NCBI GenBank assembly: GCA_000092065.1
Contig: CP000581.1
Source of the DNA: Ostreococcus lucimarinus
Lineage: Eukaryota
Reading direction: 5' to 3' (one strand)
Length of the DNA: 64,000 bases
The notes beneath the pieces are model-generated. The model was not told where the DNA came from. It searched no databases and saw nothing but the letters and a program-made list of their open reading frames with translations. Made by a program: the position numbers and the translations under genes. Positions 47,803-56,532 of this stretch are shown here, in pieces; position 1 is the stretch's first letter, and each line of letters starts with the position of its first letter.

Positions 47803-48957
47803 ATGCGCGCCGCGGCGCGCGCACCGAGCGCGGGTGCGGCGCGACGCGTCGCTCGACGCGACTCGGACGCGCGCGCGGCGACCGGGGCGCGCGCGGGAGG
47901 GCGATCGGTCCGAGGGCGAACAAGATGCGAAGGGCTCGCGGTTGAACAGAACGCCGCGCTCGTGGACTTTTACGAGCTGCTCGGCGTCGCGGACGACGCG
48001 GACGCGAAGACGATCAAGAAAGCGTACTACGGATTCGCGAAGGAGTGTCATCCGGACGTTTCGGAGGACGAGGAAGAGGGGCACGACATGTGCGTTTTAC
48101 TCAACGAGGCGTATGAGATTTTGAGCGACCCAATCGCGAGAGCGCTCTACGACGCCGAGCTCGAACAGCAGCGAGAGGACGACGAGGATTCGTTCACGGG
48201 AAATCCTTATTCTAAATGGACGACGAGGAAGGCGAAACCTGGGGAAACGCGCGCGGTGTTCGTGGACGAGTTCACTTGCATAGGCTGCAAACAGTGCGTG
48301 TGGCAAGCGCCGGCGACGTTTCGTATGAACGACGACTACGGTCGCAGCCGGGTCTTCGCGCAGTGGTTGAACGACGAGGACGACATCCAGTGCGCCATCG
48401 ACAGTTGCCCGGTGGATTGCATTCACTGGGTCGAGCGCGAGCAGCTTCCTTTTCTCGAGCACGTGGCGGTGAACTATGAAAAAGTCAGCGTCGGCATCAT
48501 GCAAAGCCAGACCGGCGTCGTCACGGATCCCTTCGAAGCCGCATCGAGCTTCCAGAAGATGCGTCAAAGGAAGATCGACGCCCGCGCCGAGGAATTAGCC
48601 GAGCAAAGGCGACGCATGACGGACGAAGAGAAGCGCGCGAACACGTCCGAAGCGCAAAGACGCGCGTATCGCAAATCCGCCGACGCCATTCGAGCGCGCT
48701 GGACCGAAGCCACGGGCGTGGCCTTCGCCCGCGCGAGACGTCGTTACGACTCAAACACCGGCAGCACGATCCCATTCGAGCGTTCGGTCGTCCTCTACGG
48801 CTCTCCCGGATCGCGCGACGACTTGGACGATTTCCTATCCTTCGACGAAGACGACGACGACGACGACGGCGTCCACGCCCGAGACGCGGTCGACGACGAC
48901 GACGGCGTCCACGCCCGAGACGCGGTCGACGAGCGAGCCCTCACGACCGCGCGCTGA
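47803..48957 (+). CDS. DnaJ (J-domain) protein with a 2x[4Fe-4S] ferredoxin-like domain (DnaJ-Fer type), with an organellar presequence.
   Basis: J-domain DFYELLGVADDADAKTIKKAYYGFAKECHPD. Ferredoxin-type clusters CIGCKQCVWQAP and CAIDSCPVDCIHWV. The track ORF N-terminus (47155-47800) is antisense to SARNP and is discarded. The first ATG is MRAAARAP at 47803. A C-terminal 14-aa tandem duplication (DDDDGVHARDAVD x2) is present. Confidence 0.75.
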   Translation: MRAAARAPSAGAARRVARRDSDARAATGARAGGRSVRGRTRCEGLAVEQNAALVDFYELLGVADDADAKTIKKAYYGFAKECHPDVSEDEEEGHDMCVLLNEAYEILSDPIARALYDAELEQQREDDEDSFTGNPYSKWTTRKAKPGETRAVFVDEFTCIGCKQCVWQAPATFRMNDDYGRSRVFAQWLNDEDDIQCAIDSCPVDCIHWVEREQLPFLEHVAVNYEKVSVGIMQSQTGVVTDPFEAASSFQKMRQRKIDARAEELAEQRRRMTDEEKRANTSEAQRRAYRKSADAIRARWTEATGVAFARARRRYDSNTGSTIPFERSVVLYGSPGSRDDLDDFLSFDEDDDDDDGVHARDAVDDDDGVHARDAVDERALTTAR

Positions 48958-49103
48958 TGTACCAATTTATTCCTACCACTACAGTACTAGTATGTCATCA
49001 CTATTTCAGCTAAAATCACGCGCCTCCGCCTCGGCGAACCGTCGAAGAACGCTCGCGCGCGCCGCGCGCCTCCGCCTCGCCGCCGCCGCCGCGCCGTCGC
49101 GTC

Positions 49104-49388
49104 TCAGTGCCCCTGCCCGCCCTCCGGCCGCCACACCGCGCGCATCTCGTACGCCTCCCTGTCCTCGCGCGCGTCGATCAACCGTCGCCGCTCCGCCTCC
49201 GCGTCGAATCGCGCCATCGCGCGTCGCACGCGCTGCGTCCGCGCCGGCGCGCGCGCGTCCACCTCCCCGAGCGCGTCGCGCACCTCCAACCGCCCGCCGA
49301 CGACGCGCGCGAGCCCGCTCGCGCCGACGGCGACGAGCGCGACGAAGGGCGCGCCGTAGGCGAAGAAGCGCGCGCCGCCGCGCGACAT
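49104..49388 (-). CDS. Hypothetical small protein (94 aa) with one N-terminal TM helix.
   Basis: Track ORF. MSRGGARFFAYGAPFVALVAVGASGLARVVGG is hydrophobic, followed by a charged soluble tail. GC3-rich. It lies in an otherwise gene-free 1.2-kb gap. Weak support. Confidence 0.3.
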   Translation of the reverse strand: MSRGGARFFAYGAPFVALVAVGASGLARVVGGRLEVRDALGEVDARAPARTQRVRRAMARFDAEAERRRLIDAREDREAYEMRAVWRPEGGQGH

Positions 49389-49747
49389 CGAGTGCGGCGC
49401 GTCACGAATCGACGCGAGACGACGACGACAAAATCATGTTCGCCGCGAGCGCCGTCGCGGGACGACGCGCCGCGAGCGCGTGCGCGCGACGCGGCTTGCA
49501 CACGACGAGAACCGCGATGGGGGGCGCGGACGAACCGGTGCGGCGACGACGCGCAAAGCGCGCGGGACGCGATCGAGCGCGAACGAGGGACGGGGGGGAC
49601 CGCGCGAGAAAGCGCGCGGGACGACGCGCGCGCGAAAACGCGACGCGCGCGCGAAGAGACGTCGACGCGTCGACGCGGGATGACTGACGAGGACGACGAC
49701 GCGCGAGGGCGCGGCGACGCGCGCAGGCGTACATTCACGCGAAGCGC

Positions 49748-50008
49748 ATGTACGACGTCGGCGCGACGAAGAACCGAAAGTTGGTCTTCGGCGTCGCCAC
49801 GGCGGCGATCGTGCTGATCGGGGGGTACATTCCCGTGTTTGCGATTCAGTTTCAGGTGCGCGCGCGCGCGCGACGCGCGACGCGCGGGCGAGGGCGCGAC
49901 GCGCGGATACCCTAACGCGACGCGAGGGGCGATCTCGCTCGAGCGGTCGAGACTGACGAACGCGACGACCGCGCGCGCGAATCGCAGCAAAACAAAACCA
50001 AGGCGTAG
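49748..50008 (+). CDS. Candidate micro-gene. Exon 1 49748..49855 (36 codons), intron 49856..49987 (GTGCGC...CAG), exon 2 49988..50008. It encodes a one-TM peptide of about 42 aa. The unspliced alternative is 56 aa, ending at 49915.
   Basis: ATG at 49748 gives MYDVGATKNRKLVFGVATAAIVLIGGYIPVFAIQFQ. This is clean TM-helix coding with host-like codon usage, and it ends exactly at a GTGCGC donor. A downstream CAG acceptor leads to QNKTKA-stop. It is not in the ORF track (under 60 aa). Confidence 0.3.
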
Positions 50009-50157
50009 GCGCTTAGGCGAGACGCGCTTCGAACGCGCCCCGATCGCGGGCCTCGGGTTGTGATGCCGCCACACGTGCTGTACGATTACACGCGCCGCCG
50101 CTTCGATTTCGACCTCGAGCGCGACGTCCTCCTAATCTCATCCCTCGACCGTCGCGC

Positions 50158-50760
50158 TCACCGCTTCGCGCGCTTTCCCCCCGCGTCCGCCGCGTCGTCG
50201 TCGTCCGCCTCTTCCGCCACCGCACCGACGTAATACGGCGGTTTATGCAAGTTCACCCCGTAATCCTTGAGCGCCGCCGCCAAGTCCTCCGTCTCCAGCA
50301 CCAACCGCTTATCCCTCGGGTCGTACCCTCGCTCCTTCTTCTCCCGCGCCTGCGCCTGATTCCGCTGCACCGCGCACCTGTACGCGTCGTCCGCGATCTG
50401 CCTGACGAACCGCTCCGCCGCGAGCGACACCAACCGCGTCACCCGCGCGTCCGGCGTCGCCGCGCCCGCGCGCTTCAGGTACAGATTCGTCAGCTCGTCC
50501 GGTATCTGAAATCCGCGCGTCCGTTCGCGAGACAGCGTCAGTCGCGCGTCGACGCCGTTCGCATCGCGCGTTCCCGATCGCGCGCGCGCTTCGCGCCGTC
50601 GTCGCGTCGCGTCCGCGCGCACCACCGGTTGAAAATCATCGAGCGCGCGCAGAAAATCATCCACCTCCGCCTTCGTCGCGCCCGGCACGCCCGGGTACGC
50701 GTCGGCGTCGCGCGCGTCGGCGCGCGCGTCGTCGCGAGCGTCGTCGCGTCGGTGCGCCAT
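50158..50760 (-). CDS. TAF10: TFIID subunit TAF10.
   Basis: Histone-fold region collinear with TAF10: DDFLRALDDFQPV, IPDELTNLYLKRAGAATPDARVTRLVSLAAERFVRQIADDAYRCA, LVLETEDLAAALKDYGVNLHKPPYY. The first ATG is MAHRRDD at 50758-50760. Confidence 0.75.
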   Translation of the reverse strand: MAHRRDDARDDARADARDADAYPGVPGATKAEVDDFLRALDDFQPVVRADATRRRREARARSGTRDANGVDARLTLSRERTRGFQIPDELTNLYLKRAGAATPDARVTRLVSLAAERFVRQIADDAYRCAVQRNQAQAREKKERGYDPRDKRLVLETEDLAAALKDYGVNLHKPPYYVGAVAEEADDDDAADAGGKRAKR

Positions 50761-50984
50761 CGCGCGTCGATGCGACGCGTCGTCGTCGCGCGACGCGCGA
50801 TCTTCGGCGTCATGGTGTCTCACTCGGTATGGCTTTTCATGATGCCGCGCGCGCGACGCCGCGCGCGCGCCGACGCGCGCGCACACGACGACGCGCGCGG
50901 CGCGCGGCGCGCGAGCGACGCGACCGTTCGATTCGCGTCGCGCTCGGCGGCGCGCGGCGACGCGCGGAGGCGCGGCGGGCGACG

Positions 50985-52763
50985 ATGTCGCGATGCGCGC
51001 TCGCCGCCGCCGCCGGGACGACGGCGCGCGCGGCGACGCGACGCGACGCGACGCGGCGCGCGCGCGCGACGCGCGACGCGCTGGGAAGAAGAGGACGGCG
51101 CGAACGACGCGCCGCGACGGACGCGGTGAACGACGGCGCGGAGGCGAGCGCGAGACGAGACGACGGGGAGCGAGGGAATCGAGGCGGAGGTTTGGAGGGG
51201 CCGCGCGCGGGCGAGGGACGGGACCGGAGACGCGCGCGGCGAGAGATTCAGGAGGCGATCGGGGCGTGCGAGCGCGCGTTCGACGTGCTGGAGATTGTCG
51301 GGAGGCGAGGGGAGGCGTTTAACGCGGTGAACAGCGTGACGGCGATGTATAAGATTTCGAGACTGTTGACGTCGCGCGCGGGGCGGTTGCGAAGGAGCGA
51401 GGCGAAGCAGGTGAGCGCGGACGCGAGGTTCTCGAGATTGCTCGAGATGGTCGAGGGGGGGGTGCAGCAGTTGGATAAGGTTGGGTTGGAGCACCGACGA
51501 TGGGCGTATCACAAGATGGCGCTGCCGAGCGAGTATAGGATGAAGGCGGCGCTGAGCATTCGCCTGCTCGACAGGGCCAAGGATTTGCAGGGCGACTTGA
51601 TGGACGCGAGCGACGTGGAGTTTATATTGACCATGGTGGAGGAGCAAGAGGAGGTGTTCAACAAGGTGAACGCGTCGACGGCGTTACATCGCGTGGCGAG
51701 GCTAACGACGCAGAGATTGCCCGGGCAGTTGAGGCCGACGATGGAACGCTCGACGCTCTTCGGCGACGAAAGGTTTCAGACGCTCATGAGCATGGTCGAC
51801 CGCATGGCGGGGGAGATGTCGATGCAAGGCGTGTCGAACGTCCTGTGGGCGCTCGCTCGATTGGATTATCCCACCGATGAAGCGTTGCTCGAAGCGCTCG
51901 CCGCGCGCGCGGGCTCGCAAGCCGCGAGCGCGGAGCCGAAGAATTTGAGCACCACGCTTTGGGCGCTCGCCGTGCTCGGGCACAAGCCGAGAAGCAAGCT
52001 GTTGAAATCAATCTCTGAGCGCGCGCTCGCCGTCGCACACGATTTTCGGTCGCCGGACGTGGTGAACATGCTGTGGGCTTACGCGCGGTGGGTGCGATAC
52101 CTTCCGCCCAGCGATCGCCCGACGCCCGTGGTGCAGGCGATGCTGGACCAGGCGGTGAGCACGATGCAGAGCTACACGCCGTATCAACTCGCCAACTTAT
52201 CCTGGTCGCTGGCAATGCTGGACTGCCCGCCCGCACCGAGAGTTCTGGAGTACGTCTTGCAGACCGTGGCATCGGAGCCGAGTAAACTCGATGGCACCGC
52301 GCTGACGCACGTCTTGTGGGCGTACGGCGTCATGGGTTCGCCGCACAACGGCGCCTCGAGCGATTTCAGCAAGCTTCTTCGCGAGTCTGGACGTCGCGCG
52401 GGCGCGAGTCAGGTCGGACGAACCGGTGCTGCGGGCGTTCTTTGGGCGTGTGGGCGACTCGGGGTCGAGCCAGACGCCAAAGATACCGCGTTCCTCGTCG
52501 ATCGCATTTACTCGCAAAAGGGCTCGCAGAAAACTGTCGATCCGCAGGCGCTCGTGCACTCGGTGTGGGGCGTCTCTACTTTTGAGAACTATTCATTCGA
52601 TGAAAAAACCAAGAAGGAGGTGATTCGTAATCTGAGCGAGCTCGTGAGTGCCGGGTCCATAGGTTCGGTACACGCGAACGCGCTTCGAGATTCGGCCGAG
52701 GACGCAGGAATCAGTCTAGAGTCGCTCGAAAAAGTTTTGCCCGCGCGCGAAAGCATTTTTTAG
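50985..52763 (+). CDS. Octotricopeptide-repeat (OPR)-type helical-repeat protein, a likely organellar RNA-binding factor.
   Basis: About 8-9 degenerate repeats of about 38 aa carry the xxxLWAxAxLG core (VSNVLWALARLD, LSTTLWALAVLGH, VNMLWAYARW, LANLSWSLAMLD, THVLWAYGVMG, AGVLWACGRLG, LVHSVWGVSTF). This is typical of green-algal OPR proteins. N-terminal Arg/Ala-rich presequence. The first plausible ATG is 50985 (MSRCALAAAAG). Confidence 0.55.
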   Translation: MSRCALAAAAGTTARAATRRDATRRARATRDALGRRGRRERRAATDAVNDGAEASARRDDGERGNRGGGLEGPRAGEGRDRRRARREIQEAIGACERAFDVLEIVGRRGEAFNAVNSVTAMYKISRLLTSRAGRLRRSEAKQVSADARFSRLLEMVEGGVQQLDKVGLEHRRWAYHKMALPSEYRMKAALSIRLLDRAKDLQGDLMDASDVEFILTMVEEQEEVFNKVNASTALHRVARLTTQRLPGQLRPTMERSTLFGDERFQTLMSMVDRMAGEMSMQGVSNVLWALARLDYPTDEALLEALAARAGSQAASAEPKNLSTTLWALAVLGHKPRSKLLKSISERALAVAHDFRSPDVVNMLWAYARWVRYLPPSDRPTPVVQAMLDQAVSTMQSYTPYQLANLSWSLAMLDCPPAPRVLEYVLQTVASEPSKLDGTALTHVLWAYGVMGSPHNGASSDFSKLLRESGRRAGASQVGRTGAAGVLWACGRLGVEPDAKDTAFLVDRIYSQKGSQKTVDPQALVHSVWGVSTFENYSFDEKTKKEVIRNLSELVSAGSIGSVHANALRDSAEDAGISLESLEKVLPARESIF

Positions 52764-52858
52764 AAGCACACTTTATTGTAAATACCACGTGCAACCAGTT
52801 AATTCACGACAAGGAGGAAAGTGGTGACACAATTTTGCTATCACGTCTAACGTTTTGT

Positions 52859-54016
52859 TTACAATTGCGAGCAATCTCTGGGATACGATCCGAGTACGCG
52901 CAGAAACGTCGCCGACTCTTGCAGGTGACGCAACGCGTTTTGCATATTTTCATCCGCCATGTTCGCCTCGAAATCAATATAGAATAAATATGTGAACTGC
53001 ATCGATTGCCTCGCGCCCGCACTCGTCACGGGGTTCGTGCGCATCGGCCGTGATTCAATCTTTGTCATGTTGATGTCGCGCAGCGAAAAGCACGCCAACG
53101 CCTTGAAGAGAGCCCCTGGCTCTTCCTTCAACGACACCGCGATGGACGTTTTATACGGTACATCCGTTTGCATCGCGGGAATCGGTTCCCGCGATAACGC
53201 TAAGAAGCGCGTGACGTTGGACTTATCATCCTGAATCCCTTCGTCGTACACCTCCAACCCGTAAAGCTCCGCCGCGCGCCTGCTCGCCACGGCCGCCACG
53301 CCCTTCGCCCCCGCCTCTGCGATCGCTTTCGCCGCCCCCGCGGTGTCATCCACCGCCTCGCGCACCATCTTTAAGTTCGTCAAGTATCCCTCGCACTGCG
53401 CCAGCGCCTGCGGATGCGACTGCGCCCGCGTCAAATCCGCCACTCGTTGCCCCGGCAGCGCCAACAAGCAGTGGTTCACGCGATAATACACCTCGCCCAC
53501 CACGTGCAGCTTGTGCGTGAGAATCAAATCATAATTCCTATGAATCGACCCACCGAGCGAGTTTTCGAACGGCAGCACCGCGCGGTCGACTTCTTGCGCC
53601 TCCGTCGCCGCGTAGACGTCGTCGAACTGTTCCTTGGGCACCGTCTCGCAGTTCTCGTACGCCGCGAGCGCCGCGCCCTCCGAGTACGCCCCCGGCACGC
53701 CCTGATACGCCACTCGAAGGTCGCTGGACGCGACGAACACCGTCGGGTCGACGCTCGCGCGCGCGACGACGCGTCCGCGCGCGACGACGCCGCGCACCGC
53801 GCGCGAGGTCGATTGCACCGACGCCCTCGACGCCGCGCGACCGCGCGCGCGCGTCGCGCGCGACCGCACCGACGGCGCGACGCGCGCGCGCGACGTCGTT
53901 CGCATCGTTCGACGCGCGCTCGCCGTCGTCGCTCGCGCGCCGCGCGTCGACGCGCGCTGACGTCGCGTTTTGAGGTTTTCGGTCGCGCCGCGACCCGTGG
54001 GTCGATATCGACGCAT
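52859..54016 (-). CDS. Arogenate/prephenate dehydratase (PDT catalytic domain plus ACT regulatory domain), with a plastid transit peptide.
   Basis: [40 protein letters not shown] (TRF motif), ACT domain [26 protein letters not shown]-rich N-terminus. An alternative internal ATG is at 53905. Confidence 0.85.
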   Translation of the reverse strand: MRRYRPTGRGATENLKTRRQRASTRGARATTASARRTMRTTSRARVAPSVRSRATRARGRAASRASVQSTSRAVRGVVARGRVVARASVDPTVFVASSDLRVAYQGVPGAYSEGAALAAYENCETVPKEQFDDVYAATEAQEVDRAVLPFENSLGGSIHRNYDLILTHKLHVVGEVYYRVNHCLLALPGQRVADLTRAQSHPQALAQCEGYLTNLKMVREAVDDTAGAAKAIAEAGAKGVAAVASRRAAELYGLEVYDEGIQDDKSNVTRFLALSREPIPAMQTDVPYKTSIAVSLKEEPGALFKALACFSLRDINMTKIESRPMRTNPVTSAGARQSMQFTYLFYIDFEANMADENMQNALRHLQESATFLRVLGSYPRDCSQL

Positions 54017-54195
54017 CGACGCACACCGCGACCTCGGGCGCGCACTGCGCGACGCGCGACGACGCGCGACGACCGCGCGAGCGAACGCAAAATTTTACGC
54101 GCGCGCCCGAGGCGAACGCGGGACGAACGCGCGAGGATCGACGACGCGGTGCGCGACATTTGAGAACGAGCGAGCGAAACGACACTTCTGTGCAC

Positions 54196-54492
54196 ATGGC
54201 GAAGAGGGACGAAAAGAAAAAGGAAGAGGGGGGCGCGACGGCGTCGGCGAGCGAGGAGACGACGAAGCGAGGCGCCAAAGACGTGGTGAAGGAGATCGAG
54301 CACGCGGCGCAGGATATCGCGGAGAAGGTGACGCACGGCGCGGAAAATTTGGTTTCTCGCGTGGACACGGCGCTGCACTACGGTCGGGACAAGGCGAAGG
54401 AGACGGCGGACGTCAACGGGGACGGTGTCGTGGACTCGAAGGACGTCACGGCGGCGGGGGAGAAGTGTGCGACGAAGTGTTCGATAATGTGA
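54196..54492 (+). CDS. Small hydrophilic protein (98 aa) ending in a CaaX prenylation box (CSIM).
   Basis: ATG at 54196 (MAKRDEKKKEEGG...). The track start at 54160 is TTG. Lys/Glu-rich, LEA-like composition. Terminal KCATKCSIM-stop gives a canonical CaaX. Confidence 0.45.
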   Translation: MAKRDEKKKEEGGATASASEETTKRGAKDVVKEIEHAAQDIAEKVTHGAENLVSRVDTALHYGRDKAKETADVNGDGVVDSKDVTAAGEKCATKCSIM

Positions 54493-54706
54493 TGACTCGC
54501 GGCGGCGCTCGGTCGCGAGCGCCAAAATCAAGAACCATGCGCAAGAAACGATGATACGAGAAACAAACGATGTTGACGACGCTCGCCGTTGGAATGAGAA
54601 AGATTACTTGATCTTTGAATTCGATGCTATTTCGCTATTTGATGTGAGTGCCCACGACATCGCGGAAACGACGGCGCGGTTTCTCGATGATGGTGCGGCC
54701 GGCGTC

Positions 54707-54748
54707 TCACTCGACCATCGGCTCCGAAGGCGCGTCGCCGCCGCTCGC

Positions 54749-54779
<31 letters not shown>

Positions 54780-55429
54780 GTGTTTCTCGTCCCATCGCTG
54801 TCGCCCGTAGAAATACCCGCACTCACGCCCTGACTCGTCGTCTGCCCGCCGTCGTCCGTTCTTTTCCGCTTGTCCTTTTTCTCCTTCTTCGACTCCCGTT
54901 TGCGCTTCTTCTTCTCGCGCGCGCTCGTCTCATCTCCACCCTCCGCCTTTTTCGCCTCCGTCGCCCTGAGCGCCTTCAACGCCACGATTGCCGGCGCGAC
55001 TGCGCCTTTGTCCTCTTCGCTCAGCGCAAACGGCGCTCCTTTTCCGAGTCCGCCGAACGCGCGCGTCAGCGTCGCTCGATCCGGCGCCTCCAGATTCATC
55101 TTCGCGATCGGCAGCGCCTGTCGCAGCAGCGGTTCGAGCTCATTCGCGCGTCCCGTGCGCAGCTCGTATCCCGCGCTCACGCCCGGGATCTCGGTCGCGC
55201 AATCGATCCCCTCCGCGAGCGGCGGTTGCGCGCGAAAGTACGCGCGCCACTTGGCCAATCCCAACGGCGTGAGCGCGTCCCGCGCGCCGTGGTGCGCGTC
55301 CGGCGCGCGCGTCGCCGGTAAAGCGCCCAGCGCTTCGTCCACGCGCGACATGCGCGCGCCGCTCGCTCGCGCGCGCCGCGCGTCGCCTTCTGCCGCACTG
55401 CGCGGCGCGCGGCCCCGAACCTTCGCCAT
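54707..55429 (-). CDS. Hypothetical nuclear protein (240 aa) with a Lys-rich NLS-like C-terminal tail.
   Basis: ATG at 55427-55429 (MAKVRGRAPRS). A conserved-looking block WRAYFRAQPPLAEGIDCATEIPGVSAGYELRTGRANELEPLLRQALPIAKMNLEAP. KKKRKRESKKEKKDKRKR tail. The N-terminal half of track ORF 54707..56338 is antisense to the next gene and is discarded. Confidence 0.4.
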
Positions 55430-55618
55430 GGGCCGCGGTTGGTTCTTCGGGCTCGGCGGCGACGACGCCGAGTTCGACGGCGACGAATTCGACGACGTCT
55501 TGCCGCCGTTCTGGGAGACGGACGTCGTGCAGCTCACCGAGCGCGACCGGCGCGAGGTGAATCTGTACGAAGGCTTGCAACCGCTGTGGCCAAAGTTGGG
55601 ACAGCTCATGGTGCGTCG

Positions 55619-55649
<31 letters not shown>

Positions 55650-55727
55650 ATACCGTCGACTCGCGCGCGATCGAGCGACGGCGACGGCGACTGACGGAAC
55701 GCGCTCGATTCGACGCGCGACGCGCAG

Positions 55728-56477
55728 ATGATGGCGTTCACGGTGAAGGGTGTTGTGGACGGCTTGGAGTCGTTCACGGGAAAACGCATCGCGGGAACGT
55801 CGCAGCCGAACATCACGCTGGATGACTTTAAAGATATCATCGAGGACGCGCTGGAGCTTGGGATCGTGCGGGCGCACGATATGAAACTGCGGCGGACGGG
55901 GACGCCGTCGAGGACGAAGGAACACCCGGGATACGAACCAATCCAGCACGCGGCGCTGGAGCAGACGCCGTTTGAGGTGGTGACGGAAGGATTAGAGTTC
56001 ACGGTGGATGATGTGATTGAGATATTGAGGTATAGAAAGCGCGTGGCTGAGAATTGTGAACGCAGGGAAAAGATGGTGAAAGCTGTGATATGGTGGCGTT
56101 CGGGAAAGCCGCCTCGCGTGATTCGCGAGGAACTCATGCGCGATGAGGCTCGAGCGGTGGCGGAGGCGAAGCGGCTCGGGCAGCCGCTCCCAAAATCCGT
56201 GTTCGGTACGGATGAAGAAATAGAGGCGCTGTTGTCGGTGCAAAATGATCGGCGGCAAGAGATGAAGGTGACGCTCGAAGAGAATCCTTCGGGCGCCGTC
56301 AACTTGATGTGGCCCGAGGAGCACGAAACTTGGTACAATCAATCGCTCGCGCACGAATTGAGCCGATTTGAGGTCGTGCTGCTGCGAATGGAGTACTCGG
56401 TGAGCATGGGGTTGAAGGTAGGTAAGGACGGTAAGATTATGCCGCGGCGACGCGTGCGAGGGTGTTGCGGCGTGTGA
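55728..56477 (+). CDS. Hypothetical protein (249 aa), no family assigned.
   Basis: ATG at 55728. Non-repetitive, balanced composition, host-like codon usage. It sits between two assigned genes at typical spacing. Confidence 0.4.
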   Translation: MMAFTVKGVVDGLESFTGKRIAGTSQPNITLDDFKDIIEDALELGIVRAHDMKLRRTGTPSRTKEHPGYEPIQHAALEQTPFEVVTEGLEFTVDDVIEILRYRKRVAENCERREKMVKAVIWWRSGKPPRVIREELMRDEARAVAEAKRLGQPLPKSVFGTDEEIEALLSVQNDRRQEMKVTLEENPSGAVNLMWPEEHETWYNQSLAHELSRFEVVLLRMEYSVSMGLKVGKDGKIMPRRRVRGCCGV

Positions 56478-56532
56478 ATTTCGTATCTTACATCAATGAA
56501 TCGTAGCAAATGTAAATCAGCCAGGCTTAGTC

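Noticed and set aside
54707-56338. 543-aa minus-strand track ORF treated as one gene.
   Set aside because: Its N-terminal 300 aa are Ser/Cys-rich antisense of the plus-strand gene 55728..56477. Only the part from ATG 55429 downward looks protein-like.
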